A program made the translations under genes and the position numbers. From Nitrospirota bacterium (lineage in GTDB: Bacteria > Nitrospirota > UBA9217), in contig CAVTRN010000002.1 in NCBI GenBank assembly GCA_963737155.1, forward strand, positions 1,312,001 to 1,376,000: a DNA stretch of 64,000 nucleotides, written 5' to 3'. Below are positions 1-10,100 of this stretch, one piece after another (position 1 is the stretch's first letter; each line of letters opens with the position of its first letter). Under the pieces are notes generated by a model, which saw only the letters and a list, made by a program, of their open reading frames with translations, was not told the origin of the DNA and did not search any database.

Positions 1-52
1 TTCGAAAAGCGACGGGATCGCGCTCGATGGGTCTAAATACAGTACGTGGTAA
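1..52 (+). CDS. 3' end of a GspG/PulG-like pseudopilin (partial, runs off the window start)
   Basis: Frame from nt 2 reads SKSDGIALDGSKYSTW-stop, matching the C-terminus of the downstream pseudopilin (ALDNTPYNTW). Confidence 0.7.
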   Translation, partial: SKSDGIALDGSKYSTW

Positions 53-72
53 CTGCACGTGCGGAATGAAAA

Positions 73-471
73 ATGATGAAACGGTTATTGTCCCAAAAAG
101 GGTTTACGCTTCTTGAACTTATGATCGTTCTGTCGATCATCGGCGTTCTTATTACGATTGCCCAACCGGACCTCAAGCGGTCCATCATTAAAGCGCGTGA
201 GACGGTTCTCAGAGAGGATTTGTTCCAGATGCGCGATGCCATTGATCAGTATTACTCAGATAACGGGAAATATCCAGCCAACCTGGCTGATCTGATCAAT
301 ACCCAGGAACATGGAAAGAGCTACCTGCGGGACATACCGAAAGATCCTTTTACCGGTGATTCCAATTGGATAATTGTGGCCCCCGAAGAGAGCGACGAAG
401 GAGGCGTCTTGGATGTGCACAGCGCAAGCCCTTTTCTCGCCTTGGACAACACTCCGTACAACACCTGGTAA
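73..471 (+). CDS. Type II secretion pseudopilin, GspG/PulG-like
   Basis: Prepilin cleavage motif KGFTLLELMIV; AIDQYYSDNGKYP and YLRDIPKDPFTG motifs. Confidence 0.85.
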   Translation: MMKRLLSQKGFTLLELMIVLSIIGVLITIAQPDLKRSIIKARETVLREDLFQMRDAIDQYYSDNGKYPANLADLINTQEHGKSYLRDIPKDPFTGDSNWIIVAPEESDEGGVLDVHSASPFLALDNTPYNTW

Positions 472-751
472 TATTTACGTCAAGCCGCCAAATCTGTTTC
501 ATTTACAAACATCTTCCGTCCACTCGATCCTTCTGTCCAAGATTAGAGCATTGGCAATGCAGCAGATCGTTGATCTTAGGACCGAAATGATTATGCCAAT
601 ATGCAGATGATCCCGTTCTGGCAGCATCTTTCGCCGACCTACGACGCCTTTCAGTCCTGGTAAAGTATTTTCTTTTTATCTTGGCTTCTTCCGCAAAGGC
701 TTTCTTAAAAAAAGCTTGCAACCTCAAAGTAAAATCAGTAATATTACAAAC

Positions 752-1378
752 GTGAAAAAAATCAGGGTATTTTTAAAAAAATATTTTATCACCGGCCTTC
801 TCGTCATCTTGCCTGTGTGGGCGACTTATTATGTACTGACTGCACTTCTCGGCGTAATCGACGGCATCCTAGGTGACTTACCGGCTCATATTTTGGGGCG
901 CAGAGTCCCCGGGCTGGGAATTGTCACGCTGATTCTCTTTATTTTGATCACGGGTGTTCTTTTCGCCAATTATGTGGGCAGCCGGATTGTCAGTATAAGC
1001 GATGAATTGCTGCATAGGGTACCCCTCGTTCGTGGCGTTTATTTTACCATAAAACAGGTCATGGAAACGTTTTCCATGAAGCACCAGTTTCACGGTGTTG
1101 CCCTTGTTGAATATCCCCGGAAGGGTTGCTGGAGCGTGGGTTTCATGACCGGTGAAACACAGGGTGGATCTCTTGGTTTGGCTGGAAAATTCGTGACGGT
1201 CTTTGTACCTACCACGCCGAATCCGACGGCGGGATTCCTCCTCATCCTGCCCGAGGCCGAAGTCAAACGTCTTGACATGACCGTGGAACAGGGAATGAAG
1301 TTCATAATTTCCTTAGGTCTCGTGCCAATGAATGAGATTAAGTCGCACAAACTGAGAAACCCGACCCAGGAGGTATAG
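752..1378 (+). CDS. DUF502 family membrane protein
   Basis: YFITGLLVILP, LVEYPRKG and VFVPTTPNPTAGFL motifs; GTG start at 752 chosen (ORF track starts at 716). Confidence 0.85.
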   Translation: MKKIRVFLKKYFITGLLVILPVWATYYVLTALLGVIDGILGDLPAHILGRRVPGLGIVTLILFILITGVLFANYVGSRIVSISDELLHRVPLVRGVYFTIKQVMETFSMKHQFHGVALVEYPRKGCWSVGFMTGETQGGSLGLAGKFVTVFVPTTPNPTAGFLLILPEAEVKRLDMTVEQGMKFIISLGLVPMNEIKSHKLRNPTQEV

Positions 1379-1381
1379 CAC

Positions 1382-2767
1382 GTGCAGCCGACAGTCATTA
1401 TTCTTGCCGCGGGTCTCGGTACGCGCATGAAGTCAGGCCTTGCTAAGGCACTTCACTCGGTTGCGGAAATGCCGCTGATCCACCATGTTCTGAATGCCGC
1501 ATTAGGTCTGGTGCCCGAGAAAATCATTGTCGTGCTGGGGCATCAAGCGGATAAAGTAAGTAATGCCGTCGGCGATGACCGCATCGAGATCGTGCTCCAG
1601 ACAGAACAGCTCGGAACAGGCCACGCCGTTCAGCAGGCAAGCGGCGCTATCTCCGGACGATCAGGGCCGATCGTGATCCTCTGCGCCGACACGCCGTTGC
1701 TGACGAGCGTGACATTGAAGTCAATGATCGATCTTCACCAGAAGACCCGTGCGGTGATAACGCTTGTCACCGCACAGGTTGAAAATGCTTTCGGATATGG
1801 CAGAGTAGTGCGTGGAAAGTCAGGCGTTATACGCGTTGTTGAGGAAAGGGACGCGACTGCCGCGCAGAGGAAAATACGTGAAGTAAACGCGGGAATCTAC
1901 TGCTTTGATCGGAATTTTCTGCTTTCATCCCTGTCGCATCTCGGAAAGAACAACGCACAGGGAGAGTACTACCTTCCCGATGCGATATTGCTGGCCAGAA
2001 AGAAGAAGCGTACCGTGGCAACGCTGCTCTGCAATGACCCTGACGAAATAATGGGCGTGAATTCCCGATACGATTTAAGCCGCGCTGAGGCCATCATGCA
2101 GCAGCGCATAAACCGGCGCTGGATGACCGAAGGCGTAACGATGCTTGACCCGGACACGACCTTCGTAGGAACCGAGTCCCTCCTGGGTCGCGACGTCATG
2201 CTCTATCCGAACGTCAGGATCGAAGGGACGACAAAGATAGGGGATGGATGCGTAATCTACCCGGGTTCGCGGATCCATAACAGTGTGATCGCGAAGAGCG
2301 TGACGGTTAAGGACAATTCGGTCATCGAGGAAAGTCACATTTCCTCAGGCGCATCGATTGGCCCCTTTGCACACCTGCGACCGGGGTCGGTTATCGGTGA
2401 AGGGGCACGAATCGGGAATTTTGTCGAACTGAAAAAATCGACAATCGGTGACGGGAGCAAGGCGAACCATCTTTCGTATATAGGAGATTCTATTGTAGGG
2501 AAGCAGGTAAATATCGGTGCAGGCGTCATTACCTGTAACTACGACGGTTATGACAAACATCGCACAGTGATCGAAGACGGCGTTTTCGTAGGCAGTGATG
2601 CGCAGCTCGTTGCTCCTGTAACGATCGGTCACGGCGCTGTTATCGCAGCAGGCACCACGATAACCCGTGATGTTCCTGCGGACGCCTTGGCTATCAGCCG
2701 CGTACCTCAGGAAATCCATGAAGGCTATGCAGAACGAAGACGAAAATTGAAACAGAAGAAACATTGA
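1382..2767 (+). CDS. glmU: Bifunctional UDP-GlcNAc pyrophosphorylase / glucosamine-1-phosphate N-acetyltransferase
   Basis: ILAAGLGTRMKS, QLGTGHA, GEYYLPD, hexapeptide repeats, HLSYIGD, TCNYDG. Confidence 0.97.
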   Translation: MQPTVIILAAGLGTRMKSGLAKALHSVAEMPLIHHVLNAALGLVPEKIIVVLGHQADKVSNAVGDDRIEIVLQTEQLGTGHAVQQASGAISGRSGPIVILCADTPLLTSVTLKSMIDLHQKTRAVITLVTAQVENAFGYGRVVRGKSGVIRVVEERDATAAQRKIREVNAGIYCFDRNFLLSSLSHLGKNNAQGEYYLPDAILLARKKKRTVATLLCNDPDEIMGVNSRYDLSRAEAIMQQRINRRWMTEGVTMLDPDTTFVGTESLLGRDVMLYPNVRIEGTTKIGDGCVIYPGSRIHNSVIAKSVTVKDNSVIEESHISSGASIGPFAHLRPGSVIGEGARIGNFVELKKSTIGDGSKANHLSYIGDSIVGKQVNIGAGVITCNYDGYDKHRTVIEDGVFVGSDAQLVAPVTIGHGAVIAAGTTITRDVPADALAISRVPQEIHEGYAERRRKLKQKKH

Positions 2768-3042
2768 ACATCACCGGCTGAAAATACAAGCGCCAGGAAG
2801 TAAGCGGGGATGTTTACGTCTCAATAATTTCGGAATCGTCAAAATGTATGTCAGTCTGTTGTTGACGTCATTCAGGCGTGCGCGGAAACGCTGCTTCCTC
2901 ACACAGTATCTGGAAAAAGGATTTTACCCGGGTTTAGCTGTGCAGAACAGGCTTAGTGCCGGGGGAGATTATTTTTTTAACGTATTTATCAAAGGTCCCT
3001 TTCCGATTTTCAGGCCTGCATTCCATTCAAGGAGAGCAACCT

Positions 3043-4872
3043 ATGTGCGGTATTATTGGTTATATCGGTAAGGAGCCGGCGGTCCCGATCCTGATCGAGG
3101 GCCTTAAAAAGCTTGAGTATCGGGGCTATGATTCGGCAGGCGTGGCAGTGCTCCAAAATGGAAAGTTCGAAGTCCGGAGGGCCGTGGGCAAACTCCACAA
3201 CCTCGAGACCCTCTTGCGCGGCGAAACGCTTACCGGGAAAATTGGCGTTGGGCATGTGCGATGGGCCACACACGGAAGGCCGTCGGAGGAAAATGCCCAT
3301 CCGCACCGCGCGGGCAGCATCGTGGTCGTGCATAATGGCATCATCGAAAACTATACAGTGCTCAAGAAACAACTCGAAGCCCAGGGCCGCGTCTTCCATT
3401 CAGAAACTGACACGGAGGTCATTGCGCACCTGATCGACAGTATTGCGCTGAAGGGACCTACGCTGGAAGAGGCGGTGCGCCAAGCTGCTCGGTTACTGGA
3501 AGGCGCATATGCTATTGCTGTCATCGACGAACGGGATCCTGATGTCGTCCTGGGCGCACGCAAGGGAAGTCCCCTTGTGGTCGGCCTCGGCGAGGGCGAG
3601 TTTTTCCTTGCCTCCGATATCCCCGCCGTTCTACACCGAACTAGAGATGTACTGTTCCTGAATGACGATGAAATGGCGATCCTCACTAATGAGGGAGTAC
3701 GCATTACCAATCTTAAGGGGACGACGATAAACCGGGAAATCTCACGGGTTATGTGGAACCCCGTAATGGCGGAGAAAGGCGGCTATCGCCATTTCATGCT
3801 CAAGGAAATCTACGAGCAGCCGCGCGCCATCATGGACACTATGAGGGGCAGGATATCCCAGGAGACCGGAGTTATCCATCTTGGGGAGATTGGTCTTTCG
3901 TCGGATCAGATCAAAAAGGTCAAAAAAATATTCATCGTTGCCTGCGGTACTTCATGGCACGCCGGGCTGGTGGGTAAGTACATGTTTGAGGAGCTAGCCA
4001 AGATTACGACCGAAGTAGATATTGCATCGGAATTCCGCTACCGTAGCCCACTCGTCGGCAAAGACGACCTGTTTATTGCTATTACCCAGTCAGGAGAAAC
4101 CGCAGACACGCTCGCAGCCATGCGGGAAGCGAAGAAGCGAGGGGCTGACGTTGTTTCCATTTGTAATGTGGTAGGGTCAACGGCGAGCCGTGAGGCCACA
4201 GGAGTGATCTACACCCACGCCGGTCCGGAAATCGGTGTGGCTTCGACCAAAGCGTTTACCGCTCAATTAACGGCACTCTATCTTTTCGGGCTTTTTCTCG
4301 GCGGTTTGCGTGGAAATCTTTCCTCGGAAGAAGTGAAAAAACATCTAACTGACCTTATCCACGTTCCTTCCTTGGTTGAGCGATGCCTTGAAACTGATGA
4401 AAGCATTGGGGAAATTGCCAAACACTATTTCAAAGCTTCTGATTTTCTTTATCTCGGCAGGGGACCCAATTTTCCGGTGGCACTTGAGGGCGCGCTCAAA
4501 CTGAAGGAAATTTCCTATATCCATGCCGAAGGCTATCCTGCGGGAGAGATGAAACATGGACCGATCGCGCTCATCGACGAGAACCTTCCGGTCGTGGTGC
4601 TGGCCGGGAAGAACAGCGTCTACGAAAAAATCCTCGGCAACATCGAGGAAGTGAAAGCACGAGGAGGCATCGTAATCGCGATCACGACCGAAGGCGATAA
4701 GGAAATAACAAAAAAGGTGCATCATGCCATTGCCATTCCGGATATCAATCAGCTGCTTATGCCGATTCTGATGGTTGTTCCGCTCCAGCTCCTTGCTTAT
4801 CACATCGCAGTGCTGCTCGGCGCGGATGTGGACCAGCCGAGGAACCTTGCGAAAAGCGTGACCGTGGAGTGA
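3043..4872 (+). CDS. glmS: Glutamine-fructose-6-phosphate transaminase (isomerizing)
   Basis: MCGIIG N-terminus after an AAGGAG RBS; [37 protein letters not shown]. Confidence 0.98.
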   Translation: MCGIIGYIGKEPAVPILIEGLKKLEYRGYDSAGVAVLQNGKFEVRRAVGKLHNLETLLRGETLTGKIGVGHVRWATHGRPSEENAHPHRAGSIVVVHNGIIENYTVLKKQLEAQGRVFHSETDTEVIAHLIDSIALKGPTLEEAVRQAARLLEGAYAIAVIDERDPDVVLGARKGSPLVVGLGEGEFFLASDIPAVLHRTRDVLFLNDDEMAILTNEGVRITNLKGTTINREISRVMWNPVMAEKGGYRHFMLKEIYEQPRAIMDTMRGRISQETGVIHLGEIGLSSDQIKKVKKIFIVACGTSWHAGLVGKYMFEELAKITTEVDIASEFRYRSPLVGKDDLFIAITQSGETADTLAAMREAKKRGADVVSICNVVGSTASREATGVIYTHAGPEIGVASTKAFTAQLTALYLFGLFLGGLRGNLSSEEVKKHLTDLIHVPSLVERCLETDESIGEIAKHYFKASDFLYLGRGPNFPVALEGALKLKEISYIHAEGYPAGEMKHGPIALIDENLPVVVLAGKNSVYEKILGNIEEVKARGGIVIAITTEGDKEITKKVHHAIAIPDINQLLMPILMVVPLQLLAYHIAVLLGADVDQPRNLAKSVTVE

Positions 4873-5043
4873 TCATCGTCACAAAAGAAAAAACAGAAGG
4901 CGGACTTGCTGTATTTATCGGGCATCCAACTTCCGAATTATGAATGAAAGAGATTATTTTGAAAGATGAACTCATTACGTTCTGTTGCCTCTCTGTCTCG
5001 GGGCCTCAATGTCATAGGGATTATAAAAAAGGGGCATTAAACG

Positions 5044-6816
5044 GTGAAAGTACACAAAAAAACGCATACCTGCGGAGAACTTAAAAAGAAGGATGTAGGC
5101 GCAATTGTGACACTCATGGGGTGGGTGCATACGAGACGTGACCATGGCGGCCTCGTGTTCGTGGATTTACGCGACCGTGGTGGAATCACACAGGTCGTTT
5201 TGAATCCGGAAACGTCTGCAGAATCCCACGAACTGGCGCATGATATTCGAAGCGAATACGTGCTCGCTGTGACCGGAACGGTTTCGCTGCGGCCGTCTAA
5301 CACAATAAACGAAAAGCTTCCGACCGGAGAGATCGAAATCGTGGTGAGCGATCTCCGAATTCTGAACACGGCCAAGACCCTGCCGTTCATGATCGAGGAC
5401 GAGACGGACGTGGCCGAGATGTTGAGGCTTAAATACCGATACCTGGACCTCCGGCGACCGAGCCTCCAGAAAATGCTTATGACGCGCCACGTCATTACGC
5501 AGATCGTGCGGCGCTTTCTTGACAGCCATGGATTCATCGACATTGAAACGCCGTTCCTCACGAAGAGCACTCCTGAGGGAGCGCGTGACTATCTTGTTCC
5601 GAGCAGGGTAAATCCCGGCATGTTTTTTGCGTTGCCGCAGTCTCCCCAGCTTTTTAAGCAGATCCTCATGGTAGCGGGTTTTGAACGTTACTACCAGATT
5701 GTAAAATGCTTCCGTGACGAGGATCTGCGCGCCGATCGCCAACCCGAATTCACCCAGATCGATCTTGAAATGTCTTTTATCGACGAAGATGACATCATCG
5801 CTCTGATGGAGCAATTACTGACGGCGGTTGTGAAGGAAATAAAAAACATCGATATAACGACGCCTTTCCCGAGGCTTCCGTACCGTGAAGCCATGGACCG
5901 TTATGGCTCGGATAAGCCGGACACTCGATTTGGCCTTGAACTGAAGGATATTTCTGATATCGCCAAAATATCGGACTTCAAGGTTTTCATTCAGGCCGTG
6001 GAACTGGGCGGCAAGGTGAAGGGTTTTGCTGCTCCCGGCATGGCAGACCTCTCACGCAAGGAAATGGACAACCTGACGAACGAAGTGAAGGTTTTCGGAG
6101 CAAAGGGCTTGGCTTGGATCAAGGTAAATGCATCGGGCTTTGAATCTCCGATCGTGAAGTTTTTCAAGGACGGACAGGTCGAATCTATTGCTGGGCGGCT
6201 CGATGCAAAACCGGGCGATCTCATGATGTTCATCGCTGACAGTCCCAAGATTGTAACGGACACGCTTGGTTATTTGCGCCTGCTCATAGGCAGACGACTG
6301 AAGCTCATCGATGAACGTAAGTTGAACTTTCTTTGGATCACTGAATTTCCGCTGGTGGAGTGGAACGCTGATGAGAAGCGCTACGATTCCATGCACCATC
6401 CCTTTACCGACCCGAGGGAAGAGGATCTTGAATTCATGATGACTGATCCGCTCAAGATCAGGGCCAAGGCCTATGATATTGTGCTAAATGGTTCGGAGAT
6501 CGGCGGAGGCAGCATCCGTATCCACCGTTCGGAGGTGCAGTCACAGATCTTCAATTTACTGAATATTGCAGACGTCGACGCTCGAAACAAATTCGGTTTC
6601 CTCCTCGAGGCGCTTGAGTACGGCGCCCCGCCCCATGGCGGCCTAGCCTTCGGCCTAGACCGGATCACTGCGATATTGACCGGCGCTCAATCCATCCGTG
6701 ACGTCATTGCCTTTCCGAAGACGCAGAAGGCCGTCTGCGTCATGACCGAAGCGCCTTCACGCGTGTCCCCGGCGCAGCTTCGGGAGCTGTCGATCAAACT
6801 GGATATTGTGGAATAA
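5044..6816 (+). CDS. aspS: Aspartate-tRNA ligase
   Basis: RRDHGGLVFVDLRD, PEGARDYLVP, LPQSPQLFKQ, FRDEDLRADRQPEFTQID, GAPPHGGLAFGLDR. Confidence 0.98.
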   Translation: MKVHKKTHTCGELKKKDVGAIVTLMGWVHTRRDHGGLVFVDLRDRGGITQVVLNPETSAESHELAHDIRSEYVLAVTGTVSLRPSNTINEKLPTGEIEIVVSDLRILNTAKTLPFMIEDETDVAEMLRLKYRYLDLRRPSLQKMLMTRHVITQIVRRFLDSHGFIDIETPFLTKSTPEGARDYLVPSRVNPGMFFALPQSPQLFKQILMVAGFERYYQIVKCFRDEDLRADRQPEFTQIDLEMSFIDEDDIIALMEQLLTAVVKEIKNIDITTPFPRLPYREAMDRYGSDKPDTRFGLELKDISDIAKISDFKVFIQAVELGGKVKGFAAPGMADLSRKEMDNLTNEVKVFGAKGLAWIKVNASGFESPIVKFFKDGQVESIAGRLDAKPGDLMMFIADSPKIVTDTLGYLRLLIGRRLKLIDERKLNFLWITEFPLVEWNADEKRYDSMHHPFTDPREEDLEFMMTDPLKIRAKAYDIVLNGSEIGGGSIRIHRSEVQSQIFNLLNIADVDARNKFGFLLEALEYGAPPHGGLAFGLDRITAILTGAQSIRDVIAFPKTQKAVCVMTEAPSRVSPAQLRELSIKLDIVE

Positions 6817-6900
6817 GGAATAAACAGGGGAATAGTGTGGAGAGACGACGGTTAACCGGTGTCTACTCCGTTGATTTCCATGCCCTCTGCCCCATGCTAT

Positions 6901-7077
6901 ATGTCAAATATTAAGTGCAAAGTGTGTGGCAAGAAGGTCGATCTTCGGATCAACTGAAGAACTGTAACTTTTCGCTGCACGGGATGCGGCAAGGAATTCT
7001 CAATCAAAGAATATATCGACGAGATTAATGATGAAATGTGGGAAAAAATATCCCGCAGACCTTGCAACAGAGCATGA
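6901..7077 (+). CDS. Small dual-CXXC (seleno)protein with in-frame TGA, probably selenocysteine
   Basis: Reads MSNIKCKVCGKKVDLRIN-TGA-RTVTFRCTGCGKEFSIKEYIDEINDEMWEKISRRPCNRA-stop; TGA at 6955-6957 is followed by a SECIS-like hairpin. Not in the ORF track. Confidence 0.75.
6969..6996 (+). promoter_or_regulatory. Putative bacterial SECIS element
   Basis: GCTGCA-CGGGA-TGCGGC stem-loop with a G-rich apical loop, starting about 16 nt after the in-frame TGA and extendable by TTC/GAA. Confidence 0.55.
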
Positions 7078-7179
7078 ATAATGTTAATAACCTACCTAAG
7101 CGAGTTGTTCTCTCTTCCAAAAATAAAGTAAAAAAACAAGCTTGGTCCGAGTATTTCGGCGCAAGGCGAAGGGACCGTA

Positions 7180-10100
7180 TTATCCTAGCTTCTCGATCAA
7201 CTCCCTCACTGTAACAAAAAGATCTCCCTCGATCGGATGGACTATCGGTGCATGCCGGTTCTGGTTCAGCTTCATCAACGGTGCATCCGGGTCCTTGTTG
7301 AAGCAAAGGATCTCGGTGCGAGTTCCCACATAGTCTATGTGCTGCGGCGCTCCCGAGATGCCCAGGGCGATGATGAGCTTTGGGTTGACACGGATACCGG
7401 TCTGTCCGATTTGTGCATCAAGCGGCAGCAGCTTTAAATCCTGCGTGACTTTTCGTGTCGCGCCGAACAATGGCGCAAGACCCCGTCCTTCCAGAACTGA
7501 CTTGAGTTCCTGCGCCAGTTCGAATCCTGCGCGGTCCCTGATACCGTATCCGAGGTCGATAATTATGTCGGCTTGTGAGAGCGTGGTCAATGCTTCTGGC
7601 GGGAGAGGCATAAGCCACTCACTCGACAGAGGATACTCGAGCGCAACAGCTGTGAAATTGCTTCGCATCTCCGGTGCACCGAATTCGGCATTCCGGGGAA
7701 TAGTAAGGAATGCCGATTCTTCTCCCAGACGCTCTTTTCTGATAAGCCTGTTGTCATAGGCGGCCATTGAAATTCTCATGGATCGGTCTTCCTGGTACAC
7801 GATTGACCCGATATCCCCGTAAACGTGAACGTGCCGTCCTGTGGAAAATAGCTGAGCGGCAACTACGCCAAAAGCATCAAGCCAGTAGGAACCTCCCAGA
7901 ACTAACGGCTTATCCGATGTTTTGGTGATGACGCGAAGCAGTTCCTCCTTTCCCTCAATAGACAACATACTATCTCCAGTGTCCAGGCAGAAAGCCCGGT
8001 CAGCCCCGTTCGCGCGCGTCAGTCCCAACAGCATGGACCAGAACGCCCTTGGGGCAGCGACGACGGCATTCATCGGTCTGCTGAAACCATCGGCAATTTT
8101 TCTCCCTGCTCGAAGGATCGCGGCATTAGCCTTCTGCTCGCGCGGGTCAAGAATTGCCCAGATCGCGTGGTCGTCAGACAACCTGCCTCGGACTATTTCT
8201 CCCTGATACTCTTCCGCCTGCGCCGAGCGCGCTTGGGCAGCATAGTTACCGAGATATTCAGCAGCAGCCTGAACTGTGGTAATTGTTGCCGCCGGAGCAG
8301 CAGCTCCCGCTGGCCGCTCGAATCGGGGTGTTTGTGCTGCGGCGGATTGAATAGCGGAATTAATCACCATAATATGCGCGAATGACGATGTCACTGTCAT
8401 CGATATATCCTGTTCAGACGGGGCAGTGACACCAGTAATGCTGAGAACGGCCGGTGGGGCAATTTGCTCAAGACCCATCCCATCAGGGCGGGCCAGGAAC
8501 CGCGACTTTCGGTAATGTGTTCTAGAAAGAGCTCCGGCCAGATAGGCGCCGGCTCCCTGCTCGCCATTCAGGCATGAAGATCCTATGGTAATAAGATCGT
8601 ATTGGTTCATTACTTCCAGAGTATGTACAGTGCTTGCAATTTCTGCAGGAGTCGCAAAATTGCAGTTCAACCGGATAAGTCGGTCTGCAGAGGCGGCGGC
8701 TGAACGAAGGAGTTGTTCGTGTCCGGCGTTGCCGATAAGAAGCGCATCGACATAGACCATATTACTACTTTCTGCTTTGAGTGAAAGAGCTTGAGTGACG
8801 CCAGAGAGATCTAAAGGATCAGTGATCTCGACGATCTCTTTGATCGAACCGTGCTCCAGTCTGGGTTTCGGTGACAGATCGAAAACAGGCCGAAGTATGC
8901 AGAGTATCCTGAGTTGAGCCTTGAGAGGGGCTGAAGTTTCGAAGACTGTTTCGACCTGCAAGTATGCCCGGCCAAGCGCTGCATCCGCTGCGCGTACTTC
9001 AGCTAGATCGAGGTTCTGCCTTACCTGCTCCCATGCATATTTAAAGCGGTCCCTGATTGCCGCAAGGCGGGCCAGTGTGCGTTCAGCAGCGCGATCTCCC
9101 GCAATGAGCAGCAAGGGAACATATTCGGGATCGGATTGCTCAAGAAGTTTTTTTCGACAGCCGAGCCATTCCATCCTGTAGTAAATACATTCGAGTCGCA
9201 GAATCTCTCCTGCCATATCCGCGAGCGGGAACAGGGCAGGCTGGAGCATGGCATCGGACCATGATAAATCGCCGAGCAGGGCTACCGCATCTTTAACGAA
9301 TGTACGAAGCATGTTTTTCCATTCGGCAAGCACCTGAGCGCTGTTGTCCCTTGATTGTGCGGTCAGCTCGGGCCATGTCTGCGCCTGGGTGATCAGGTCG
9401 CGTAGGATCAGGAAGCGCTGCACTTCGTTCGTTCCTTCGTAGATCGTAAGGATGCGGGCGTCACGCCGCGCTTTTTCGAGCAGGAAATGTTCCGTTTGCC
9501 CCTGAGGGCCGAAAGCGTATTCGACGAGCGTGAGGAGTTCGTGGATGTCCTCGGAACAGGCGTATTTGGCAATGGCAGACTCCATGCGCACCGATTCGTG
9601 AGGGCGGTCAAAGAGGCCAATGAGATAGAAGGCAAGAGACTCGCTCCCGAACAGGATTGCGGCGGCTTCGCCGAGAAGTTTATCCCGATCGGGAGAAGGA
9701 GTGAGCTGTGAACGCGCTTCATCGAGGAGCTTATGCATGAGCGCTCCGGAGACAACGGCGAGCCCGCAGCGTCCTACATTCAGCGTTTCGAGCGCGTTGG
9801 CCTGTCCATGGCCCTCGTAACCGATTACGGCTTCGCGCGGGACGCGGACATTGTCGATTGATATCTCGTTCGTAGGTGAACCACGCTGACCCATCTTCTT
9901 TTCATCGGCGCCGACCTTGAGCCCTTCGCTGTGGCGGTCCACGAGAAAGCCGGTTACGCCCTCGTCCGTTCGGGCAAAAAGACAAAACTGGGTGGCAATG
10001 CTGCCGTTGGTGATCCACATCTTTGCACCGGTCAGACGGTAATATTCATACATCGGTTTGGTCCCCGCCATTCGCGACTGGCCAATGTCGTGAAACTCGC

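Noticed and set aside
503-727. Basic 74-aa minus-strand ORF between gspG and the DUF502 gene
   Set aside because: No recognisable motif or RBS; it overlaps the likely promoter region of the DUF502-glmU operon.
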